Below are positions 39,037 to 49,614 of a DNA stretch of 64,000 nt, in pieces (positions within the stretch are counted from its first letter, which is position 1; every line of letters starts with the position of its first letter). The notes beneath the pieces were generated by a model. That model saw nothing but the letters and a program-made list of their open reading frames with translations. It was not told the origin of the DNA and did not search any database. The stretch lies in NCBI GenBank assembly GCA_963766735.1, contig CAVYBU010000003.1, forward strand, positions 256,001 to 320,000. The letters run 5' to 3'. This stretch comes from an uncultured Chloroflexia bacterium (GTDB taxonomy: Bacteria > Chloroflexota > Limnocylindria > Limnocylindrales > CSP1-4). A program made the translations under genes and the position numbers.

Positions 39037-40758
39037 ATGACCCAACGCGCCCGGCCGGGTACGAACCGTCCCCGCATGCGGGACGACCGGACCCGTCGCT
39101 CGATGCTCATGAACATCGGCTTCGGCCTGACGGTCGTTGTCGCCCTCCTGCTGCTGGCAATTGCCGGTGGCGCAGCCTGGTATGGCGACCACCTTGCCCC
39201 GGTGGCTGAGGTGAACGGCCAGACCATCACCAAGGACTCCTACGCCCGGCAGCTGGATGTCAACGCGTTCCGGATCGACTACCAGCAGCGGCGCATCCGC
39301 ACCCTTCTCACGGCCGGCCAGATCCGCACCGCGGACGCAACGGCCCGTCAGGGAGTCCTCGACCAGCGCCTGCAGCAGGCGGACACCATCGCGCTCGAGC
39401 AGCTCATTGATGGGGCGATCCAGGCGGACCTGGCCACCCAGCAGGGCGTGACGATCACGGACGCCGACGTCGATGCCAGGCTCGTCGAGGAAGCCACGAC
39501 GCCCGAGATGCGCCACGCGTGGATGATCGAGGTCGCGCCCGAGATCCCCACCGGCGCGAGCGTCGCCTCGGATGCGACGAAGGCTGCCGCGAAGGCGACG
39601 GCCGACAAGGCTCTCGCGGAGCTCAAGGCCGGCAAGGAGTGGTCCGAGGTCGCGAAGGCCGTTTCGACGGACGCCTCCAGCGAACAGGGCGGGGACCTCG
39701 GGTTCGTGGACGAGAACGCCGCGCTGGACGCGGCCTACTCGGAGGCGATCCAGGCCGCGGCCCTGGACACGCCCACGGATGTCATCGAGGGTGCGGACGG
39801 GTCTTACCGGATCGGTCTGGTCACCGACATCGTGGCGCCCGTCGTGGACGCGACCCTCGAGCAGCAGGTCGCGGACGCCGGCATCTCCACGGACGACTTC
39901 CGCGCCGCGCTCCGGCGTGACGTCACCCGGGCCAAGCTCAGCGACGCCATCCTCGCGCAGTATCTCGCCCCCGGGCCCCAGCGCAAGGTCGCGGAGATCT
40001 ACATGGCGGAAGGCACCAGCGAGAGCGAGGATGGCGCCATCAAGACGCGCCACATCCTGTACTCGCCCAACGACGACGCCCAGAACGCGGCCAACGTCGC
40101 CGCGGACGATCCCGCATGGACTGCCGCCGAGACCGCCGCCAGGGCCACGTACGAGAAGCTCAAGGCCGATCCCAGCCTGTTCGACTCGATCGCCCGCGCC
40201 GAGAGCGACGAGGGAGCGGCCCGCACCAGCGGTGGCAAGCTGCCGTACTTCGCGCCCATCGATTCCATCGACGCCGCGTTCGCGGAGGCGATCTTCAAGG
40301 GCGGCTTTGCGCCCGGCCAGCTGCTGGAGCCGGTCAGGTCGGCGTTCGGCTGGCACGTGATCCAGGTGATGCACTACCCCACGGATGCCGAGTGGGCGGC
40401 GCAGCTCACGGCCGACATCGATGCCGGCACGCTCCCGTTCGCCGACGCCGCCCGGGACAACTCGGACAATGCCGAGGCCGCCCAGGGCGGGGACATCGGG
40501 TGGGTCGGCAAGGGCCAGCTTCCCAAGGATGTCGAGCAGGCCGTCTTCGCGGCGCCGGTCGGCAAGGTCAGCGACCCGCTCGTGATCGCGGGTGACGGGT
40601 TGTACCTGTTCCTCGTGAGCGCGGAGGAGACGCGGGCGCCGGACGCCGAGCAGAAGGCTTCCCTCGAGTCTTCCGCATTCCCGACGTGGTACTCGGAGCA
40701 GAAGGCCGGCTTCGAGATCACCCGGAACACCGACCTCACCGGCTCAGCGACGGGCTGA
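39037..40758 (+). CDS. membrane-anchored multi-parvulin peptidyl-prolyl isomerase (PrsA/SurA-like)
   Basis: TM anchor, VAEVNGQTIT, GGDLG, RHIL, SAFGWHVIQV, GGDIGW. Confidence 0.9.
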   Translation: MTQRARPGTNRPRMRDDRTRRSMLMNIGFGLTVVVALLLLAIAGGAAWYGDHLAPVAEVNGQTITKDSYARQLDVNAFRIDYQQRRIRTLLTAGQIRTADATARQGVLDQRLQQADTIALEQLIDGAIQADLATQQGVTITDADVDARLVEEATTPEMRHAWMIEVAPEIPTGASVASDATKAAAKATADKALAELKAGKEWSEVAKAVSTDASSEQGGDLGFVDENAALDAAYSEAIQAAALDTPTDVIEGADGSYRIGLVTDIVAPVVDATLEQQVADAGISTDDFRAALRRDVTRAKLSDAILAQYLAPGPQRKVAEIYMAEGTSESEDGAIKTRHILYSPNDDAQNAANVAADDPAWTAAETAARATYEKLKADPSLFDSIARAESDEGAARTSGGKLPYFAPIDSIDAAFAEAIFKGGFAPGQLLEPVRSAFGWHVIQVMHYPTDAEWAAQLTADIDAGTLPFADAARDNSDNAEAAQGGDIGWVGKGQLPKDVEQAVFAAPVGKVSDPLVIAGDGLYLFLVSAEETRAPDAEQKASLESSAFPTWYSEQKAGFEITRNTDLTGSATG

Positions 40759-40781
40759 CGCAGGTCGAGGGCCGCTGAACG

Positions 40782-41942
40782 ATGCTGGACCCGCTCCTCG
40801 CCGAGGCCCGGCTCCGGTGGCGGCTGGACCCGGCGGCTGGCCTGTCGGTGGTCGTCGCTGAGCGGCTGATCGCCACGCCGATCGAGCCGTCGGTTCCCGT
40901 GCTGGTGGTGCCCGCGGCCTGGATGCAGGTCCCGACCGAGGCTGAGGCCGAGCCCTCGCCCCTGCCCGGACGTCACGGTCCGCGCGGCCTCGAGCCCCTG
41001 GCCGTGCTGCGCCGTCTCTACCCGGTTGATCACCCGGTGGGCCGGTTCGGCGCACCGGACGGGATGACGGTTGGCGAGCTGACGGCCGGGGATCTCGCCT
41101 CTCCCCTGTACCTGGCCCCGGTGGCGCCCGTGGCTGACGCCGCCTCGCCCTGGGGCATGCCCTGGATCTCGAACCGGCTCCGGGCGCCTGACGGCTGCCC
41201 GTGGGACCGGGAGCAGACCCACGATTCGCTCCGCAGCCATCTCCTGGAGGAGGCGTACGAGGTCTACGACGCGCTCGAGCACGGCGCCACGCCGGAGCTG
41301 GCGGGCGAGCTCGGGGACCTGCTTCTCCAGGTGGTGCTCCACGCGCAGCTGGCCGCCGAAGCCGGCGTGTTCGACATGACCGACGTGTGGGCCGCCATCG
41401 CCACCAAGATCGTGCGCCGCCACCCGCATGTCTTCGGAGACTCGGAGGCGCGCACCGCGGCGGACGTCAACCGCCAGTGGGAGAAGATCAAGGCCACCGA
41501 GCGAGCCGCCGCCGCCGATGCGACCGGCGCCGAGACGTCGAAGAGCGCGCTCGACGGGATCAGCCGATCCCTGCCGGCGCTAGCCGCCAGCCAGGAGATG
41601 CAGGAGCGGGCGGCCCATATCGGCTACGACTGGCCGTCGATCGACGGCGTCCTGGACAAGGTGCACGAGGAGGTCGTGGAGCTGGCGGAGGCCGAGGACC
41701 AGGCCCACCGCGCCGAGGAGCTGGGGGACCTGCTGTTCGTCCTGGTCAACGTCGGGCGCAAGACCGGCATCGAGGTCGAGGGCGCCCTGCGCGCGGCCAA
41801 CGAGAAGTTTCGCCGGCGGTTCCGGCACGTGGAGCTGGCGGCCGCCGCGCGCGGCGTCGCCCTCCGAGAACTCTCCTTCGAGGAGCTTGACGCGCTCTGG
41901 GATGCCGCAAAGGCGTTCGAGCGTGGGGAGGCATCGGCATGA
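40782..41942 (+). CDS. mazG: nucleoside triphosphate pyrophosphohydrolase MazG with reduced YabN-like N-terminus
   Basis: [44 protein letters not shown]. Confidence 0.94.
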   Translation: MLDPLLAEARLRWRLDPAAGLSVVVAERLIATPIEPSVPVLVVPAAWMQVPTEAEAEPSPLPGRHGPRGLEPLAVLRRLYPVDHPVGRFGAPDGMTVGELTAGDLASPLYLAPVAPVADAASPWGMPWISNRLRAPDGCPWDREQTHDSLRSHLLEEAYEVYDALEHGATPELAGELGDLLLQVVLHAQLAAEAGVFDMTDVWAAIATKIVRRHPHVFGDSEARTAADVNRQWEKIKATERAAAADATGAETSKSALDGISRSLPALAASQEMQERAAHIGYDWPSIDGVLDKVHEEVVELAEAEDQAHRAEELGDLLFVLVNVGRKTGIEVEGALRAANEKFRRRFRHVELAAAARGVALRELSFEELDALWDAAKAFERGEASA

Positions 41943-42673
41943 GCATCGGCAATCGCCCCTACCAGCGCGCAGACGGGCGGGGACCCAACGACATACGCCC
42001 GATCTCGATCGAGCTGGGTGTCCAGAAGTGGGCCGAGGGATCGGCCATGATCCGCTTCGGGGACACGCAGGTCCTGTGCGCAGCCACGATCGAGGACCGC
42101 GTCCCGCCGCACCTGCGCGGCAAGGGCACGGGCTGGGTCACCGGTACCTACGAGATGCTGCCCCGGGCCACGGCAGAGCGCTCCGAGCGCGAGAGCGCCA
42201 GGGGCAAGATCGGCGGCCGGACGCACGAGATCCAGCGACTCGTCGGACGCTCGCTGCGCGGCGTCGTGGACCTCGCCCGGCTGGGCGAGCGGACCGTGAC
42301 CGTGGACTGTGACGTGATCGTGGCGGACGGTGGCACGCGTACGGCGTCCATCACGGGTGGCTACGTCGCCCTCGCGGCAGCGCTCATCACCTACGGTATG
42401 GAGCGGCACCTCGTGGGCCATGTGGCCGCCGTGTCCGTGGGGATCATCGACGGTGTGCACCTCCTTGACCTTGACTACAGCGAGGACTCGCGCGCGGAGG
42501 TGGACTTCAACGTGGTGGGCACCGACGCCGGTGCCTACGTGGAGCTGCAGGGGACCGCCGAGGGCAAGCCGTTCGACCGCGCGTCCCTGGACGAGCTGCT
42601 GGACCTGGCGAACGTCGGCCTGGGCCAGCTGTTCGCGGCGCAGGCGGCTGCCCTCGCCACGGTGCGGCGCTAG
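41939..42673 (+). CDS. rph: ribonuclease PH
   Basis: [39 protein letters not shown]. Confidence 0.97.
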   Translation: MSIGNRPYQRADGRGPNDIRPISIELGVQKWAEGSAMIRFGDTQVLCAATIEDRVPPHLRGKGTGWVTGTYEMLPRATAERSERESARGKIGGRTHEIQRLVGRSLRGVVDLARLGERTVTVDCDVIVADGGTRTASITGGYVALAAALITYGMERHLVGHVAAVSVGIIDGVHLLDLDYSEDSRAEVDFNVVGTDAGAYVELQGTAEGKPFDRASLDELLDLANVGLGQLFAAQAAALATVRR

Positions 42674-42809
42674 TGGTGGAGGGCGGCCCTGCGTCCCGCG
42701 TACCAGCCGCCCGCTCGACTCTCCTGGGAATCGTCCGGCGGATGTCCACGCACGGCTCGACGCGCCAAGCCGGCGTTCAGGCGTCGATCCCTGAACGGGG
42801 CACCGCGAC

Positions 42810-43491
42810 ATGACCCACGTGCGAGTCAGCCACACCGCCGCTCCCAGCCCGGAGCGGCCCCGGCGCCAACTGCTCGTCGCGACCCGCTCGCGCCACAAGC
42901 TGCGCGAGCTCCAGGAGCTCCTCTCGCTGGGCGAGGGCTTGGAGCTGGTGTCGCCCGGACGACCTGGGCATCCCGGACGAGCCCGAGGAGACCGGCGAGA
43001 CCTTCGAGACGAATGCCCGGATCAAGGCGCGGTTCTACGCGCTCCGCTCCGGTCTGCCGACGCTCGCCGACGACTCCGGTCTCGAGGTGGATGCGCTGGG
43101 GGGCGGCCCGGGCGTGCGGACGCGGCGGTACTCAGGACCCGATGCCACTGACGCCTCCAACAACGAGCTGCTCCTGCGCGAGCTGGGCTCGTTGCCGGCC
43201 GAGCGGCGTGGCGCGCGCTACGTGTGCGTGCTTGCCCTCGCGCTCCCCGGGCAGGCGGGACCACGCGGCGGGCTCGAGATCCTCGTGCGGCGGGGCACGT
43301 GCCGGGGCCGGATCGCCACGCAGCTGCGTGGGGACGGCGGTTTCGGATATGACCCGCTATTCGAGCCCTGGTCGGAGCCGCCCGGCGGCCAGACCCTGGG
43401 CCAGTGGTCCGCGGAGGCGAAGAACGCGATCTCGCACCGGTCCCGCGCCGCCGCGCGGATGGCGCCTGTCCTGCGCTCGCTGGGGTTCTAG
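42810..43491 (+). pseudogene. rdgB: non-canonical purine NTP pyrophosphatase RdgB, frameshifted (possibly a sequencing error)
   Basis: LLVATRSRHKLREL in one frame; PEETGETFETNARIKA, ADDSGLEVDALGG.PG, GFGYDPLF, KNAISHR in another; extra C in tcgcccggac at ~42954-42956. Confidence 0.88.
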
Positions 43492-43521
43492 CGTCCGCCG
43501 GGGTTGCCCGCCTCCGGCGCC

Positions 43522-44013
43522 TCAGGCGGAGGCGCCCTCGAACTCCTTCTCGTCGGCCGGCTCCGAGGTGATCTCCCAGCCGCCGAACATCGCCGTGCCC
43601 TCGAGGCGAAGCGCGGGCGCATCGGCCGGGCGCTCGACCTTCGAGCGGCCATCGCCAACGCCGCCGATTCCCGTGACCTTCGTCTGCACGTCCCACGTCT
43701 CGGGCACGACGAGGTTGCCGCCGCCGAACAGCGCGTTGACCCGGAGCGTGGCGCCGTCCGGATCCAGGGTCGCGCCCCGCAGGTCAAGCGTCCCGCCCCC
43801 GAACCACGTCGTGACGGAGCCGCCCCGGAAGGCACTGGCCTCGCTGCTGAACTCCAGCGGCCCAAACGCGGCGACCAGGTCCACCTCGTCGGCCGCCGGA
43901 TCCTGGGGCACGCTCTCGCGCCGTTTGACGGCCGCGAACACCATCGCCGCCGCCATGAATGCGAACCAGCCCAGCAGAAACACGCTGATCGCCTTGAAGA
44001 TCATCTTGACCAT
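43522..44013 (-). CDS. LiaF/DUF2154-like membrane-anchored protein
   Basis: TM then AFRGGSVTTWFGGGTLDLRGA, ALFGG..LVVP..W.V, AMFGG. Confidence 0.8.
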   Translation of the reverse strand: MVKMIFKAISVFLLGWFAFMAAAMVFAAVKRRESVPQDPAADEVDLVAAFGPLEFSSEASAFRGGSVTTWFGGGTLDLRGATLDPDGATLRVNALFGGGNLVVPETWDVQTKVTGIGGVGDGRSKVERPADAPALRLEGTAMFGGWEITSEPADEKEFEGASA

Positions 44014-44207
44014 GACCGTCCCCTGTGCTCCGCGGATCTCCTTCCGCGCCTGCAGGAAGGATGCGCCTGTTTGCCCTCGATGGCCAGCACCGAGCGCCCG
44101 AACCAGGCCCGGATACGCCCGATGGCACGACTCAGCGGCCGCCGACCGCGTATGAACCTCGTCGAAGCCGTTGCGCCAGCGTGCAAGGAACATGAGCGTG
44201 GTATCCT

Positions 44208-44224
44208 TCAACACACCATGTACA
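44208..44224 (+). promoter_or_regulatory. candidate CarH autoregulatory operator
   Basis: TCAACA (44208) and TGTACA (44219): TnnACA at 11-bp spacing, just after a TATCCT -10 and over the start codon. Confidence 0.4.
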
Positions 44225-45123
44225 CCATCAAAGAAGCGGCGGCACGGACCGGTGTCGGCGCACCCCTCATCCGAGCGTGGGAGCGGCGCTACGGCGTGGT
44301 CGAGCCCACCCGGACGGCCTCGGGCTACCGACTCTACGACGACAAGACGCTCAACATTCTCGTGGCGATGCGATCGATGGTCGAGGCCGGCTGGACAGCC
44401 TCGGAGGCCGCACGCGCGATCAAGGCCGGCGAGGTGGCGATCGAGGAGGCAACCGCAGTCCACGAGGCAGGCGGACCCGCCCGGGCGGAGTCCTCGCACC
44501 GCGCCCGCCTGATTGCAGACTTCGTCGCCGCCGCCCAATCGGCGTCGTCGACGGCGACAGAGGCCGCCCTCGACGAGATGCTCGTGTCGAGGTCGTTCGA
44601 GGCCGTGGCTGACGACCTCCTGCTTCCCGCGGCGGCCGCGCTCGGCGATGCCTGGGCGGCAGGTCGCATGAGCGTCGCCGCGGAGCACGCCGCGAGCGCC
44701 GCCGTCGCCCGACGCCTGTCGGCTGTCTTCCAGGCGGCCGGAGTCCCGTCCGGACCTGCTGTCGTCGTCGGCCTGCCGTCCGGATCGCGCCATGAGCTGG
44801 GGGCGTTCGCCTTCGCGGCCGTGCTTCGCCGGCGTGGTCTCAAGGTTCTCTACCTGGGGTCGGACGTGACCGTCGATGGCTGGGTCGATGCTGTCACGCG
44901 CACGCGTGCTCGCGCCGCCGTGATCGGTGTCGTCACCCCGGACGATCGCCCGGCCGCAGCCGCGGTCGTGGACGCTCTCCACGCGGCGGGGGTCGCCCTC
45001 ATCGCAGTGGGAGGGGACGCCGCCGCGCCGGACCCGGCGCCGGGGCATGGAGTCCTGGTGCTGCCGCCGCGCATCGTGGAGGCGGCCGAGGTCCTGGCAA
45101 GGGCGCTCGGTCGTCGCGGCTGA
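44218..45123 (+). CDS. MerR-family regulator with cobalamin-binding domain (CarH/LitR-like photoreceptor)
   Basis: YTIKEAA, IRAWERRYG..P.RT.SGYRLY, W-x9-EH (WAAGRMSVAAEH), RHELG, YLG. Confidence 0.9.
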   Translation: MYTIKEAAARTGVGAPLIRAWERRYGVVEPTRTASGYRLYDDKTLNILVAMRSMVEAGWTASEAARAIKAGEVAIEEATAVHEAGGPARAESSHRARLIADFVAAAQSASSTATEAALDEMLVSRSFEAVADDLLLPAAAALGDAWAAGRMSVAAEHAASAAVARRLSAVFQAAGVPSGPAVVVGLPSGSRHELGAFAFAAVLRRRGLKVLYLGSDVTVDGWVDAVTRTRARAAVIGVVTPDDRPAAAAVVDALHAAGVALIAVGGDAAAPDPAPGHGVLVLPPRIVEAAEVLARALGRRG

Positions 45124-45189
45124 CCCGCCGAGGATCGGAATCGGGACCGGCGGGCCGGATGCCCGCCGCCCGGGATGTCGAAGGTCCGG

Positions 45190-46167
45190 TCAGGCTGCGG
45201 GCGCCGGGTCGGCCTCCCCCGACAGTTCAACCACCTGGTCCCACAGCCGGCGCCGATCGCTGGCCGACAACCGCGTCGCCGGTAGCCGATCGAACGGCCG
45301 TGGCCGGCGATCGAGGAACAGCCCGCCGCTGGTGGATGCCGGGTTCGCCTGCGTGGCGAGCCACACGATCGTGTCCACGCCCTCCGCGGCTGTCCGCAGC
45401 AGCGGCCGCATCAGCCGGTAGAAGGCGGGGAGTTGATCCGCGAGGCCCGGGGTATCGGCCCAGCCCGGGTGCATCGCGGAGACCGAGATGCCGGCGGAAC
45501 GAAGCCTGCGAGCCCATTCGCGCACCAGCGCAACCTGGGCTCGCTTTGCCCGTGCGTACGCGCGAGGTCCGGAGTAGGGGACGGACCGGATCTGGAGGTC
45601 GTCCAGATCGAGACGCTGGGTGTACATGCCGCCCGACGTGACCGCGATGACCCGTGAGCCCGGCGTCCGGCGCAGGAGCGGCAGCAGCCCGGCGACCATC
45701 GCGAAGGGCCCGACGACGAGCACCGCGAGCGTCGCCTCGATGCCGTCCGGTCCATCGACCCGCTCGGGGTAGATCGCGCCGGCGTTGTCCACCACGATGT
45801 CGAGGCGCTCCTCCGTCTCCAGGACTCGCGCCGCGGCGGCCCGGACGGACGCGAGCGAGCCCATGTCCGCGACCACGACAGGAAACCGGTCCTCGCCGTG
45901 GGTGCGCACGAGCTCGTCGCGCAGACGCCCGAGCTTCTCCTCGCTGCGCCCGACGAGGACGATCCTCGCCCCGAGCGCGGCCAGCTGATCGGTCGTGGCA
46001 CGGCCCAGCCCTGAGGTCGGCCCGGTCACGAGGGCCGTGCGCCCGGTGAGAGCGCCCGCTGGCGGGGCATCCCATCCGAAGAGCCGGCTCCGGACCGATG
46101 GGCCAATTCGCGTGAAGCTCCCGATCCAGGTGATCTCGAGGGTCGTATCGATGAGACGCCTGATCAC
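45190..46167 (-). CDS. SDR family oxidoreductase (DHRS12/retinol dehydrogenase-like)
   Basis: TGPTSGLG, DNAG, SGGMY, YARAK, MHPGWADTPG; GTG overlaps the heliorhodopsin TGA. Confidence 0.9.
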   Translation of the reverse strand: MIRRLIDTTLEITWIGSFTRIGPSVRSRLFGWDAPPAGALTGRTALVTGPTSGLGRATTDQLAALGARIVLVGRSEEKLGRLRDELVRTHGEDRFPVVVADMGSLASVRAAAARVLETEERLDIVVDNAGAIYPERVDGPDGIEATLAVLVVGPFAMVAGLLPLLRRTPGSRVIAVTSGGMYTQRLDLDDLQIRSVPYSGPRAYARAKRAQVALVREWARRLRSAGISVSAMHPGWADTPGLADQLPAFYRLMRPLLRTAAEGVDTIVWLATQANPASTSGGLFLDRRPRPFDRLPATRLSASDRRRLWDQVVELSGEADPAPAA

Positions 46168-46961
46168 GGGGCCAGCGTCCCGGCGAAGACCTGCCAGGCG
46201 AGGATCGTCTTCGCGAACAGGCTCAGCAGCATGTACACGCGCTCGCCGTACAGGTAGTCGGCCCAGCGGCCGGTCTTCCGGTACTGGAGGATCATGTTGA
46301 AGGCGAAGACGTTGAAGGTGATGAACAGCGACACGAAGATCGCGATCACAAAGCCGGGGATCGGGGCGGCGCCGGGCTCGGTGGCGGCGGTCCAGAGCGC
46401 GATGGTGATCACGATCCAGGGCACGATGCCCGCGATGCAGCCAAAGATGTAGTGAGACCACTGCGTCTTGGTGCGGCCCTCGTTCGCGAGCTCCATGCTC
46501 CAGCCGAACAGGTTCATCGCAGCGTTGATGCCGAAGATCGCGATCAGCGCCCCGAGCTCCTGGATCCCCGACAACGTGGCGATGACAACGATCATCACGC
46601 TCGAGGAGAGCCCGTACTCGATCCAGCGGGCGGGGTTCATGCCGCGGGCCAGGCTGCGCTCGTACCAGCTGCGCGCGGGGAAGGCCACGGCGAAGTGGGC
46701 GATTGCGCTGAGGAAGAAGAACAGGGCGACGGCCGGCCCGATCGGGAGCTCGAACATCGCTCTCTGGGCGGGGACCAGCGTGTTCGTCGCGGTGTCGAAG
46801 CTCAGGAAGCTGCTCACGACGGGCGCCGTCACCACCGGGTCCTTGGCGAACGAGAGCGCGAGGATGATCACACCCTGGAGAGCGTGGAGTCCCGCCAGCG
46901 ACAGGTTCCAGCGGTGCAGGCTGCGCGCCTGCGGCTCCGCGATGGTGCCGGTGGATTGCAT
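46164..46961 (-). CDS. heR: heliorhodopsin
   Basis: WN...AGLHALQG, SAIAHF, NPARWIEYGLSS, YGERVY.LLSLFAK..LAW (retinal-binding SxxxK lysine); 7 TM. Confidence 0.95.
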   Translation of the reverse strand: MQSTGTIAEPQARSLHRWNLSLAGLHALQGVIILALSFAKDPVVTAPVVSSFLSFDTATNTLVPAQRAMFELPIGPAVALFFFLSAIAHFAVAFPARSWYERSLARGMNPARWIEYGLSSSVMIVVIATLSGIQELGALIAIFGINAAMNLFGWSMELANEGRTKTQWSHYIFGCIAGIVPWIVITIALWTAATEPGAAPIPGFVIAIFVSLFITFNVFAFNMILQYRKTGRWADYLYGERVYMLLSLFAKTILAWQVFAGTLAP

Positions 46962-47044
46962 CGTGTGTGTTCCTCTCAGGCTGATCGATCGCTCCCTCAC
47001 GCCCTTGACGTAGCGATCGGGCGTGGGGTACCTTGCAACTGACA

Positions 47045-47063
47045 TTGTACAAAGGCTCTACAA
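47045..47063. promoter_or_regulatory. candidate CarH operator in the divergent promoter region
   Basis: TGTACAA (47046) and TCTACAA (47057) at 11-bp spacing in an AT-richer patch. Confidence 0.55.
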
Positions 47064-47075
47064 GGAATGCAAGCC

Positions 47076-47522
47076 ATGGCAGTTCTCAGGGAACAGATCA
47101 GCACCACGCTCCCCCTCGACGAGTCGTTCGCCTTCATCGCGGACTTCGCCAACGCCGAGAAGTGGGACCCGGGTGTCGCGACATCGGAGCGGGTGAACCC
47201 CGGCCCGGTTGAGGTCGGCGCCCGCTACCGTCTGGGGATTCGCATGCGCGGCAAGGTCTCGCCCATGGATTACGAGATCACGACCTACGAGCCGCTGCGC
47301 CGCGTCGTCCTCACGGGAACGGGGTCCGGCGTGGATGCCATCGACGACATCCGGTTCGAAGCCACCGAGACAGGGACGCGGATCGACTACATTGCCGACA
47401 TCCGGCTCACGGGGCTGATGCGCCTCGCCGCCCCGTTCGCCGGCGGGGCATTGACGCGGTTGGTTCGCGCCGGGCGGGACGGCATGCAGCGCACGCTCGA
47501 CCAGCTCGCGGCCACAGCCTGA
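47076..47522 (+). CDS. SRPBCC/START-fold protein
   Basis: [28 protein letters not shown]. Confidence 0.88.
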   Translation: MAVLREQISTTLPLDESFAFIADFANAEKWDPGVATSERVNPGPVEVGARYRLGIRMRGKVSPMDYEITTYEPLRRVVLTGTGSGVDAIDDIRFEATETGTRIDYIADIRLTGLMRLAAPFAGGALTRLVRAGRDGMQRTLDQLAATA

Positions 47523-47530
47523 GGAAGATC

Positions 47531-48847
47531 ATGAAGATCGCGATCGTCGGGTCGGGGGTCAGCGGACTCACGGCGGCCTGGGCGCTGAACCGAGACGGCC
47601 ACCGGGTCACCCTGTTCGAGCAGGACAGCGTGCCCGGGGGGCACGTGGCCACGGTGACCGTGGACGCCGCCGACGGCCCTGTGAACGTGGACACGGGCTT
47701 CATCGTCTACAACGAACGCACCTATCCTCGCTTCCTGGGGCTGCTGGCCGAGCTGGGCGTCGAGACGCAGCCCAGCGACATGTCGTTCGCCTCGGCGTGC
47801 GACGCCTGCGGCATCGCCTACAGCTCGCGCGGCCTCCGGGGCTTCTTCCCCGACCTGGCCACGCTCGCCCGGCCCTCGCAATGGCGGATGCTGAACGACA
47901 TCCGGCGCTTCTACGGGCACGCGCGCCAGATGCTCGACGCCCCCGGGCGAAGTCAGGCCACCCTCGGCGAGTGGCTGGACGAGCACCGGTACGGGCGCGG
48001 CTTCCGAGAGCACTTCATCGTGCCGATCACATCCGCGGTGTGGTCCACGGCGGCCGAGCGCGTGCTCGACTTTCCGGTGGACTACCTGCTGCACTTCCTC
48101 GACAACCACGGCCTGATCGGCTATGGCAACGCCCCCCAGTGGCGGGTGGTCACGGGCGGGTCGAAGGCATACGTGGAACGGCTCATCGCGACCCTGCCGA
48201 CGGGCGCCGTTCGAACCGGCAGCCCGGTCACCGAGGTGGTCCGCGACGCATCCGGGGTCTCGATCCGCACGCCGGGGAGGGACCCGGAGCGGTTCGACGC
48301 CGTCGTGATGGCCACGCACGCGGACGACGCGCTACGGCTCCTGGGCGACGCGGACGAGGTCGAGCGCGAGGTCCTCGGCAGCTTCGAGTACTCGCGCAAC
48401 CAGGTCGTCCTGCACACGGACCGCCGCCTGCTGCCGGCCAACCCCCGCGCGTGGGGGTCCTGGAACGTGCACACGCCAGACTGCCGGATGCCGGGCGACG
48501 CCCTGACGATGACGTACGACATGAACCGCCTGCAATCCATCCCGGGACCGGTCGAGTACCTCGTGTCGCTCAACCCCGGCGACAAGGTCGCCGACGAGCG
48601 CACCATCCTGGCGCGCACCTTCAGCCACCCGATGTACACGTTCCGGACCGTCGAGGCGCAGGGTGGCGTCGGCGACCTGCAGGGCCGCCGCCGGACGTGG
48701 TTCGCCGGCGCCCACCTGGGCTACGGCTTCCACGAGGATGGCTGCAGGTCCGGGTTCGAGGCCGCGGAGGCGATCGGGCGGTCCGCAGGGGCGATCGGCC
48801 AGCCCGAGCAGCAAGCCGGGCGCTCCATGGCGGAGCTCGCGTTGTGA
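47531..48847 (+). CDS. FAD-dependent oxidoreductase (COG2907, UfaD-like)
   Basis: [45 protein letters not shown]. Confidence 0.9.
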   Translation: MKIAIVGSGVSGLTAAWALNRDGHRVTLFEQDSVPGGHVATVTVDAADGPVNVDTGFIVYNERTYPRFLGLLAELGVETQPSDMSFASACDACGIAYSSRGLRGFFPDLATLARPSQWRMLNDIRRFYGHARQMLDAPGRSQATLGEWLDEHRYGRGFREHFIVPITSAVWSTAAERVLDFPVDYLLHFLDNHGLIGYGNAPQWRVVTGGSKAYVERLIATLPTGAVRTGSPVTEVVRDASGVSIRTPGRDPERFDAVVMATHADDALRLLGDADEVEREVLGSFEYSRNQVVLHTDRRLLPANPRAWGSWNVHTPDCRMPGDALTMTYDMNRLQSIPGPVEYLVSLNPGDKVADERTILARTFSHPMYTFRTVEAQGGVGDLQGRRRTWFAGAHLGYGFHEDGCRSGFEAAEAIGRSAGAIGQPEQQAGRSMAELAL

Positions 48848-49614
48848 GGTCGCACCTGCTCGAGGGCAAGGTCCGCCACCGCCGGTCGCGCCCGTTCACA
48901 TATGGGATCGAGCACGATGTCTGGTACGCGGCGCTGGACCTCGCCGAGCTGGACGACGTGGACCGGGGACTGCGCCTGTTCGGGCGCAACCGCCGCGCGG
49001 TCACCGCGTTCCGCGACGCCGACCACCTGCCCGTCCCCGCCACCGACATCGCCGCGGATGTCCGGGCGCACCTCAGGGCCGAGGGCGAGGATCCGACGGG
49101 CTGGCGGATCATGCTGGTGACCAACCTGCGCGTGCTTGGGTACGTGTTCAACCCGGCCAGCTTCTTCCTCTGCCGGGACGGGGCCGGCATCCTGCGGGTC
49201 GTGGTGGTCGAGGTCCACAACACGTTCGGCGAGCGGCACCAGTACACGCTGCGTCCCGGCGACGGTGAGGTTGCGCCGGGCGGCCCGTTCACCGCCGGCA
49301 TGGACAAGGACTTCTTCGTGTCCCCGTTCATCACCATCGACGGCCGGTATTCGGTGCACGTCAGGGACGAGCCGCAAGCGCTCCGCCTGGCGATCAACCT
49401 CCGCCAGGACGGCGAGCCGCTGCTGAGCACCAGCCTGGTCATGCGCCGCCGCCGGCTGACGGATCGGAACCTGCTCCGGATGATGCTCCGGCACCCGCTC
49501 GTGACCCAGAAGACAATCGCGCTGATCCACTACCACGCCCTGCGGCTGTGGATCCGTGGCGCCCCGTTCTTCCGCCACGGGGAGGTCATGCGCGCACGGG
49601 AGTCGACGCGGTGA
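48844..49614 (+). CDS. DUF1365 family protein (UfaO-like)
   Basis: [43 protein letters not shown]. Confidence 0.92.
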   Translation: MRSHLLEGKVRHRRSRPFTYGIEHDVWYAALDLAELDDVDRGLRLFGRNRRAVTAFRDADHLPVPATDIAADVRAHLRAEGEDPTGWRIMLVTNLRVLGYVFNPASFFLCRDGAGILRVVVVEVHNTFGERHQYTLRPGDGEVAPGGPFTAGMDKDFFVSPFITIDGRYSVHVRDEPQALRLAINLRQDGEPLLSTSLVMRRRRLTDRNLLRMMLRHPLVTQKTIALIHYHALRLWIRGAPFFRHGEVMRARESTR

